The translations under genes were made by a program, and so were the position numbers. The notes under the pieces were generated by a model, which was not told the origin of the DNA, ran no database searches, and saw only the letters and a list, made by a program, of their open reading frames with translations. A DNA stretch of 64,000 bases, taken from IMG/VR virus record IMGVR_UViG_3300017705_000602, one strand, 5' to 3'. Each line of letters begins with the position of its first letter. Position 1 is the first letter of the stretch. The stretch comes from a virus (Duplodnaviria > Heunggongvirae > Uroviricota > Caudoviricetes). Positions 57,789-64,000 of this stretch are shown here, piece by piece.

Positions 57789-58820
57789 ATGAAATATTTA
57801 CGCAGAGGCAATGACGTCGACTTTATCGAGACAACCGATTTAGCAGTAACAGATCAGTTGGCAATTGGCACTTATCAGTTGCGATTTTCGGATATGAGAG
57901 GATATTATCTTGAGATAGTTCCGAACTATCAAGTAAAGCAACGTTTGTATGGCAATGCACAAGAAATTGCCGACATGATATTCAATGGTTTTGTTACACG
58001 CAAGGCTTCGACTGGTGCATTGTTGCACGGTTACAAAGGCACTGGCAAAACAAACATTGCAAGATTGATCGCCGAAGCGGCAATTGACAATCACACACCG
58101 GTAGTGGTTATCAGTGAACAGTTCGAAGGCGCGGACTTTATGTCAGTGTTTAACAAGCTGCCTGAATGTGTAATAATTTTCGACGAGTTCGAAAAGACAT
58201 ACGGAAGGCATGAACAGCAAGGTCTGTTGTCTTTGTTTGACGGCATGAACAGCACCAAGTTCTTGTTCTTGCTCACAGTTAACAACTACTTTGCACTGGA
58301 CGAACACTTGATAAACAGACCGGGCAGGTTACTGTATTCAATCGAAATGCACGGACTGACCAAAGAAGTAATTCAAGAATACATCGATATTAACCTGGAG
58401 CATCCGGACTTGGCAGACAGTGTGCTACGTGCATTCTCTGCATTTGGTGGTGTAACATTCGACATGGTCAAAGGTGTAGTGGACGAAGTCAATCGTACGG
58501 CACGACCGGCAACAGAATTACTCGAATATCTTAACATTGACATCACTGGCGACAAGTATGTTCAGTATACTGCAAAAATTGTTAAAGGTACAAAAGATTA
58601 TCCGAACAATGTGTTGCTGGATGACAACCCACTAGGCAAAAAGCGTGTCGATATATGGTTTGAGGAAAAGACAAAAGACGGTTGTGAATATCACGAATTC
58701 ACGCTGGACCTGAGCAACTTTACTGATATCAAAGGTGAGAATATTGTGTTCAACAAAGATGGATACACTGTTTCGTTTTCGCCAGTTATTAGCAAAGCAT
58801 TTCACCCCGACGCAGTATAA
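57789..58820 (+). CDS. AAA+ ATPase
   Basis: GYKGTGKT, IFDEFEK, NRPGR. Confidence 0.9.
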   Translation: MKYLRRGNDVDFIETTDLAVTDQLAIGTYQLRFSDMRGYYLEIVPNYQVKQRLYGNAQEIADMIFNGFVTRKASTGALLHGYKGTGKTNIARLIAEAAIDNHTPVVVISEQFEGADFMSVFNKLPECVIIFDEFEKTYGRHEQQGLLSLFDGMNSTKFLFLLTVNNYFALDEHLINRPGRLLYSIEMHGLTKEVIQEYIDINLEHPDLADSVLRAFSAFGGVTFDMVKGVVDEVNRTARPATELLEYLNIDITGDKYVQYTAKIVKGTKDYPNNVLLDDNPLGKKRVDIWFEEKTKDGCEYHEFTLDLSNFTDIKGENIVFNKDGYTVSFSPVISKAFHPDAV

Positions 58821-58832
58821 CGGAGCCACACC

Positions 58833-59156
58833 ATGAACATCAGTAGCGAACCGACAGATTTTTATTTCTATTCGTTCACCGACCGGCGTTGTATTATTCA
58901 GCGCGAGGAGCGAGAGCAACATGCATGGAAACTTGAATACGTCGGTGACGCTGCCGATCAAGATGGACTGTACGCAAAGGTCACCGATCCTTACGAAACT
59001 ACTCGTTACATTGTGACCACTGCTTTCGGCAAAGAACACGATCGCGAGAAAGTGGAAAGCCGTGAGCTGATCAGTTTGCACAGTGCAATAAGCTGGGCGA
59101 GCTTTGTGCAAAGTCAAAATTCGAAAAAGACTGTATCGGTTTGGAGAATCTGTTGA
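58833..59156 (+). CDS. hypothetical protein
   Basis: GGAG SD. Confidence 0.65.
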   Translation: MNISSEPTDFYFYSFTDRRCIIQREEREQHAWKLEYVGDAADQDGLYAKVTDPYETTRYIVTTAFGKEHDREKVESRELISLHSAISWASFVQSQNSKKTVSVWRIC

Positions 59157-59180
59157 CACAGATACTGTTTCTGCTACAAT
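59153..59180 (+). promoter_or_regulatory. sigma70-type promoter
   Basis: TTGACA-16-TACAAT, TGn. Confidence 0.75.
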
Positions 59181-59206
59181 AGTCACAAAGCAAGGTGGTA
59201 TTAATT

Positions 59207-59458
59207 ATGTTCAAGCAACATCATTACAAAGTAATAATTGCTAGTTTAGGTATCCTGGTAGCGTTGTCGGGTTGTGGCAAGCAAGAGCAGAATGACGAAA
59301 AACAAGTTGATACGCGCCCTGTACTGACAGTGACTCATTTTGTAACACCCGAAGGACTTGAGTGCGTGTCTATTAAGCCGCGCTTTAATAGCGATCCCGA
59401 AGGCATCAGTTGCAACTGGGCCGACTGGGTTTGGCGAAGAAATAACGGAAAATTATGA
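59207..59458 (+). CDS. small lipoprotein
   Basis: LSGC lipobox. Confidence 0.75.
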   Translation: MFKQHHYKVIIASLGILVALSGCGKQEQNDEKQVDTRPVLTVTHFVTPEGLECVSIKPRFNSDPEGISCNWADWVWRRNNGKL

Positions 59459-59823
59459 AACACAAAATGTATTGCATTTTCGCAAAAGAAAGTGTAAAAA
59501 AGATGAACGGTATACGCGGTAAAATGTGTACACAGGCAGGGCATGCATACGTGCATACGCTGTTACAAGCACAGCAAGACTGGCCCGAGCATGTGCAAGC
59601 ATACTTAGACAGCGGGCATGCGTACAAAATAACGCTCATTGTTGATACAGTTGCACAGTTAGAAGCATTGCAAAAGGCCTATGTCAACCAATGCGGAACA
59701 AAGCTAGTAACCGACAAAGGCTTTACTGTGTTCACTGAACCAACTACAACCTGCTTGGGCATTGGCCCAATCAGTGAAGATCTTGTTGGTGACGACTTAC
59801 AAAACTTGAAAACTTTTACGTGA
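59455..59823 (+). CDS. pth2: peptidyl-tRNA hydrolase type 2
   Basis: GKMCTQAGHA, KITL, VTDKGFT, TTCLGIGP. Confidence 0.9.
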   Translation: MKHKMYCIFAKESVKKMNGIRGKMCTQAGHAYVHTLLQAQQDWPEHVQAYLDSGHAYKITLIVDTVAQLEALQKAYVNQCGTKLVTDKGFTVFTEPTTTCLGIGPISEDLVGDDLQNLKTFT

Positions 59824-59830
59824 GGTTAAC

Positions 59831-60169
59831 ATGCAACACTCTATTATTTTCACATTTGAATTTGTAAACGAAGAGATAGAAAATAGCGATGGTGATTCGC
59901 AAGTTACAACGTTTTCATTAACTGCAAACTTCCCTAGCCCGATTAGAATCGGTGATATTTCAACTGAAATTGCAAAGTTTGCTGAGAAGTCCGAAGAAAT
60001 GTTTAATGCAGTACATGATTTTTCAGCTTCGGACCCAGCACATATTGGATATACTTCGTACGAAGTTGAGCCCGACGAGTACGACACTCTGTTTCACGGC
60101 TTTGTTGCATGGTTTTATGGCTATGGTGCAGACGAAGTGCATGTTGAAAAAGGTGCGGCGGTCTGCTGA
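59831..60169 (+). CDS. hypothetical protein
   Basis: GAGG SD. Confidence 0.7.
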   Translation: MQHSIIFTFEFVNEEIENSDGDSQVTTFSLTANFPSPIRIGDISTEIAKFAEKSEEMFNAVHDFSASDPAHIGYTSYEVEPDEYDTLFHGFVAWFYGYGADEVHVEKGAAVC

Positions 60170-60235
60170 AATATTTGTTGACAGATAATACGTTTTTGTA
60201 TACACTGTAAGTCAATAAACAAAAGAGAACACGAT

Positions 60236-60727
60236 ATGGATTTTATATTAGGACTGATGCTTACGCCAATCTTTGTTGGCGCATTGTTTTTATTTGCGGT
60301 TATTGCCGATCATACTGAACACGAAGGCTGGGCTTCATTTATACTGCTTTCATCATTTGCAATTCTGTACCACATATTCAAAATTGATTTGGTTACAATT
60401 GCATACGGAGCCGGTGCGTGGATTGTAGCAGGTGTAGTGTACTCATTTGTTAGATGGATGTACCAGTGCAATCGGGCAGCCGGCATGTACGAAGCCAAGT
60501 CAATAGACAAATACCGAGCACTGGAAATGACTGACATTGCCAGGAACAAAGGCACAATCACATACTGGGCATTTGCTTGGCCAATAAGCTTGGTGTCCAC
60601 AGTTCTTACCGATTGCTTGTCGTGGATGGGCAAATGGTTACACTTTGCGTTTGGTAATGCATTTAGATGGGCAAGTGACAAATCACGTATGCGCATTAAC
60701 GATATTGCAAACGACAGAAACGATTGA
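60236..60727 (+). CDS. membrane protein
   Basis: multiple TM helices; promoter TTGACA at 60178. Confidence 0.75.
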   Translation: MDFILGLMLTPIFVGALFLFAVIADHTEHEGWASFILLSSFAILYHIFKIDLVTIAYGAGAWIVAGVVYSFVRWMYQCNRAAGMYEAKSIDKYRALEMTDIARNKGTITYWAFAWPISLVSTVLTDCLSWMGKWLHFAFGNAFRWASDKSRMRINDIANDRND

Positions 60728-60732
60728 GTCCT

Positions 60733-60873
60733 GGGTCCAACTAGGAACGAAAGCCGCTGATCGGTTACGTTGAATTGTGCTAGACAGTTCGGAAACTTGC
60801 GGTATCTAGCAAACTTTAGGACAAAGGTAGTTCCTATCACGATGCTCTAAGCATCAGCCTTTTAAGCTGACCT
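60733..60873 (+). ncRNA. candidate structured non-coding RNA
   Basis: intergenic stretch with seven nested helices found by eye. Confidence 0.55.
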
Positions 60874-60909
60874 ATACTACCCGTCCACCCACTTTTAAAA
60901 GGTAACGAA

Positions 60910-61386
60910 ATGATGATTATTGACGGTGCGCCAGATGACGGATCAGTTACACTGCGTTTACACGAACGCAAAGGATCAAAGTTCTTTACCAGGCATAACG
61001 GTAAGTTTCATTTTAAAATCGACGGTGTTTTCATTTCTTATCGTCGCAAGGTATACAATATATCTACTCGCTCCACAGAATGGTACAACAATTCAACAGT
61101 CGGCAGACACAAAAGCAAAACCAATATCAAGTTTTGTGATATATTTGTGTCCAACGAAGAGCTTTCATTTTATGCATTGCAAAATGTATACTTTATCGAA
61201 GGCCTCACTGTCAAGAAAGCAATACCGTACGGTGTCGATACTGCTATTAAACTCGATGTTGAAGATTTATTCTCAAATCGCCCGAGCACAATAAAAACAA
61301 TCAGTGTATGGGACGGTAAAAATGCACGCGCAATCGAATTGTGCGAAAGCGGAAGATATACAACGGGCACAGTTGACACACGATAA
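60910..61386 (+). CDS. hypothetical protein
   Basis: AAGG SD. Confidence 0.65.
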   Translation: MMIIDGAPDDGSVTLRLHERKGSKFFTRHNGKFHFKIDGVFISYRRKVYNISTRSTEWYNNSTVGRHKSKTNIKFCDIFVSNEELSFYALQNVYFIEGLTVKKAIPYGVDTAIKLDVEDLFSNRPSTIKTISVWDGKNARAIELCESGRYTTGTVDTR

Positions 61387-61401
61387 GAGTTAGTGTATCA
61401 T
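61373..61401 (+). promoter_or_regulatory. sigma70-type promoter for the tRNA-like RNA cluster
   Basis: TTGACA-17-TATCAT. Confidence 0.75.
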
Positions 61402-61424
61402 TGTACTATGTTTTACAAGTTTAT

Positions 61425-61639
61425 GGCCGCTGGCGTATTAGAAAAAAGTGTATAAAGACGTAGCTGGGTGAGTTACGGTAGAAGAAAAAACTTTAACTTT
61501 ATACATCTAAGGACGCCGAATTAGTTGGACTGAAACAGAATGCGGAATGCTTTGAGATACTTGCACACCACAAGTAGCCGGGCAGGAGGCAACTGTGGAA
61601 TAAGACGATTGCTTGGTTCGAATCCTTCAGCGGCTGCCA
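61425..61639 (+). ncRNA. oversized tRNA-like RNA 1 (215 nt)
   Basis: GGCCGCT/AGCGGCT acceptor stem, G + CCA, GGTTCGAATCC. Confidence 0.7.
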
Positions 61640-61645
61640 AATTAC

Positions 61646-61823
61646 GGAGAGAGCTGGCTTGTTAGATTTGCAGGTTTAGCTTGCTATGCGGAGCTACACC
61701 AAGGAAAGGCTTTTAATTTGAACATGTCGACACGCTGTTTTCCTGCAAGAGTCAGTAGTAGGCACGGAATGATTTCTAGCCGGAACTTGGTAGTGGATAG
61801 TTCGAATCTGTCCCTCTCCACCA
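61646..61823 (+). ncRNA. oversized tRNA-like RNA 2 (178 nt)
   Basis: GGAGAG/CTCTCC stem, A + CCA, GGATAG-TTCGAAT-CTGTCC. Confidence 0.75.
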
Positions 61824-61829
61824 TTTTAT

Positions 61830-61954
61830 GCGGAACGATTGCACAGCAGAAACTGAGTACTAAGTTTCATTAGCTGGTTTGGTATTTAGCATGAGTTTCT
61901 TCGAATCAGCTAGCGTGAAGAAGAAATGGTAGTTCGAATCTACCGTTCCGCGCC
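61830..61954 (+). ncRNA. oversized tRNA-like RNA 3 (125 nt)
   Basis: GCGGAAC/GTTCCGC stem, G + CC, GGTAG-TTCGAAT-CTACC. Confidence 0.75.
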
Positions 61955-61971
61955 TTTTTAAAGGAATAACA

Positions 61972-62259
61972 ATGCCACCGACTTACAAGCACCTTAAAGA
62001 ACCTACTGTGGGGGAAGCAATGCTAGATCATAACTACTGGGAAGAATACGAAATAGAACTCGAACCTGGTACGTTGTACTATCGCATTGAATCAACTTCG
62101 CTGATACGTCCAAACGACATTGTGCGCTCTGAGTTTTCCAGCAACAAGTGGTTTGTTGTACACGAACGGTATACTGCGTGCATTGGATATTCAATTGAAG
62201 ATCTTGCAATTAAGTTTAAGCAGGCACCATTCACAGAAGTGCTAAGGGAGTACTTGTAA
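61972..62259 (+). CDS. hypothetical protein
   Basis: AAGGA SD. Confidence 0.7.
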   Translation: MPPTYKHLKEPTVGEAMLDHNYWEEYEIELEPGTLYYRIESTSLIRPNDIVRSEFSSNKWFVVHERYTACIGYSIEDLAIKFKQAPFTEVLREYL

Positions 62260-62558
62260 TGAGCTGGATATCAAAAATTAAACAACATCTATCCAGTTCA
62301 GAACCAAGTCAAGATCCTGCACCAATCGAATTGTTACCACACAAATATTTTTACGGTTACTATATTGACTTACACGAAAAAGAAGTTTACTCTATAAAGA
62401 GTGGAAAATTAAAAAAGCTTCAAAAGAAAACATGGAAAGGTGTTACTTCAGTTACCCTTTCGCATCAAGGTAAATCAAAAACACAAGTGATTGACAAGCT
62501 AGGAAAATTTGTCGATCGTAAACCGACTAACACAATATTGCTACATGTTAGCATGTAA
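62259..62558 (+). CDS. hypothetical basic protein
   Basis: TAATG coupling. Confidence 0.7.
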   Translation: MSWISKIKQHLSSSEPSQDPAPIELLPHKYFYGYYIDLHEKEVYSIKSGKLKKLQKKTWKGVTSVTLSHQGKSKTQVIDKLGKFVDRKPTNTILLHVSM

Positions 62559-62647
62559 GGAGTTTTACACTTTGTAAGTCTTGTGCAGTTGTGCAAGCGG
62601 ATAAGCCGGATAAGCATTGTGATGGTGGAGTGCCGGCACTTTTTATT

Positions 62648-63364
62648 ATGAAATATAAAACAGTAAACAGCGTGCAGGCACAGTTCAAGGACTTGACAGC
62701 CGATCTTGAAACTCAGCTTGTCGGTCATGCTAAAAAATGGAATAGAAAATCTGGACTATTGTCGTTCGGGCCAATGGCATACTGTCATGTTACATTTCAG
62801 AATGGCTCGCCAGCTTTTGAGATTAACTTGCTGAGTGATCAGTTTGGTGAACTCGACGAAGAGGTACAGCTTGACATTCCGTATTCGTATAAAATAAAAG
62901 CCACTTACGATCGCAAGCAGAAAGTGTTTGTGCTCAGCACAGTTGAAATCGATTATATAGCGTACTACCAAGACGAACGTTCAAGGTGCAAGTTATCGAC
63001 ACCCGAAACTACAACTAACCCACGTTTGATCGCTATCATTGAAAAGAAGTTCAACAACAACTTTAACTTATCAAGCGATCAAGAAAAAACTTACATGTTG
63101 TTAAATGGTCACCGGTGTCGTGGTGAACTGATGAAAGGTGTGCTTGAAGATGTGTTCGAATGTTTTCAAAAGTTTGTAGATCTTGATGCGCGTCGAGCAA
63201 AAAGAAATCGTGTGTTTGCTTGTACTTTTGGGTTCTGGATACACCCTAGCATGATCGACACTAAAAGTCAGTTCCAGATTGTAATAAGCTCGATGTTTAA
63301 TGGCATGGTTTCGTTCAGCATGTTCAAGATATATCTCGGGCTGTTGATAATGTGGCTGGTATGA
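62648..63364 (+). CDS. hypothetical protein
   Basis: ATG at 62648; coupled to next ORF. Confidence 0.65.
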   Translation: MKYKTVNSVQAQFKDLTADLETQLVGHAKKWNRKSGLLSFGPMAYCHVTFQNGSPAFEINLLSDQFGELDEEVQLDIPYSYKIKATYDRKQKVFVLSTVEIDYIAYYQDERSRCKLSTPETTTNPRLIAIIEKKFNNNFNLSSDQEKTYMLLNGHRCRGELMKGVLEDVFECFQKFVDLDARRAKRNRVFACTFGFWIHPSMIDTKSQFQIVISSMFNGMVSFSMFKIYLGLLIMWLV

Positions 63365-64000
63365 ATATATTAATCGACTCATTGTTTACATCATCCGGCA
63401 TACAAAAAGACTCGTTTGTGTCCTGTGTAGAGGACACTCGCTGTAAGGTGTTTGTGTCAAACTATGTTCGTCACCGAGGTCAATTTGATGTTAGCGTTCC
63501 GTCGACAGAACCTTTATTGGTGTATGGATCAATTCAGTTTGTCGAAGACGCCTTAAAGTACTTTACAAATGCAGTTGCATTTTATCATCCTTCTCGATTT
63601 TCTGTTTCGTATGCAATGTCAAACCTTCCAGTTGACATGTTTGTTAACAACGATGCTTATTTTTTTCCGGTCAGTGTACTGCAACAACGATATGCATTAC
63701 GAAAACATAAAGGAATAAGAAACACTGCTGATCAGGACAAATATTTCATAAGGTCGGACAGCGGCAAAAAGCTGTTTGCCGGTAAATGTATTCCACACAA
63801 CGAATTGCACTGCTTCGATAGAGAAGGATTGTCTCCGCATAGCATAGTGGTGTTCAACCAAGCTAAAGATATCCGCATGGAAGTACGATGCTTTATTTAC
63901 GGTGACCAGGTTGTTAGTTGGTCGGTTACACATCTACACGGCAACCCAGTAACAGAATATACCGGCCCGGACAAGATTGCATTCTCTTTGGTTACGTTTG
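63361..64000 (+). CDS. ATP-grasp-like protein (R2K/DUF4343-like), truncated by window end
   Basis: open frame to window end; VYGSIQF, FIRSDSGKKLFAG, EVRCFI. Confidence 0.65.
   Translation, partial: MNILIDSLFTSSGIQKDSFVSCVEDTRCKVFVSNYVRHRGQFDVSVPSTEPLLVYGSIQFVEDALKYFTNAVAFYHPSRFSVSYAMSNLPVDMFVNNDAYFFPVSVLQQRYALRKHKGIRNTADQDKYFIRSDSGKKLFAGKCIPHNELHCFDREGLSPHSIVVFNQAKDIRMEVRCFIYGDQVVSWSVTHLHGNPVTEYTGPDKIAFSLVTF

Noticed and set aside
60745-60770. Hammerhead ribozyme (GAAA and CTGA present)
   Set aside because: The core CUGAnGA is absent (CTGATCG) and the helix arrangement does not fit.
60841-60855. GATGCTCTAAGCATC as an amber-suppressor (CTA) anticodon arm
   Set aside because: No T-loop or cloverleaf around it, and TAG acts as a normal stop in this window (e.g. 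19387, 23742, 27683).
61613-61873. 86-aa ORF over the RNA cluster
   Set aside because: TTG start, no SD, overlaps the structured RNAs; likely spurious.
61425-61954. Calling these standard tRNAs or tmRNA
   Set aside because: Too long for tRNA and no canonical anticodon arm; too short for tmRNA, with no G3:U70 and no evident tag ORF.
62591-62640. Small GC-rich pairing (GCCGG/CCGGC) as a fourth tRNA-like RNA
   Set aside because: No T-loop or CCA; pairing is too limited to support a call.
189-63933. Numerous 60-180 aa antisense or alternate-frame ORFs in the track
   Set aside because: They are shadows of well-supported genes and lack SD sequences and motifs.

Overview
This 64 kb window is a gene-dense, mostly plus-strand segment of a large (probably jumbo, T4-superfamily-like) lytic phage genome using the standard genetic code. 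CsrA and sigma70-type promoters suggest a proteobacterial host, which is inference. It carries a replication module (family B polymerase, sliding clamp, clamp loader, T4-type RNase H, a truncated DnaE fragment), chaperones (GroES, DnaJ, ClpA-like), PhoH, a MoxR-vWA pair, three HNH homing endonucleases and many small accessory ORFs. The most notable items are: (1) three oversized tRNA-like RNAs (125-215 nt) with intact acceptor/T-loop ends but no canonical anticodon arm, plus a nearby highly structured RNA candidate; (2) a 7-deazaguanine locus in which a TGT/DpdA-like gene overlaps a glycosyltransferase followed by GalE, suggesting a glycosylated base modification; (3) a minus-strand tailoring-enzyme operon headed by an unannotated 34-aa peptide. 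All calls come from motif recognition and base-pairing by eye; no database searches or folding programs were run.
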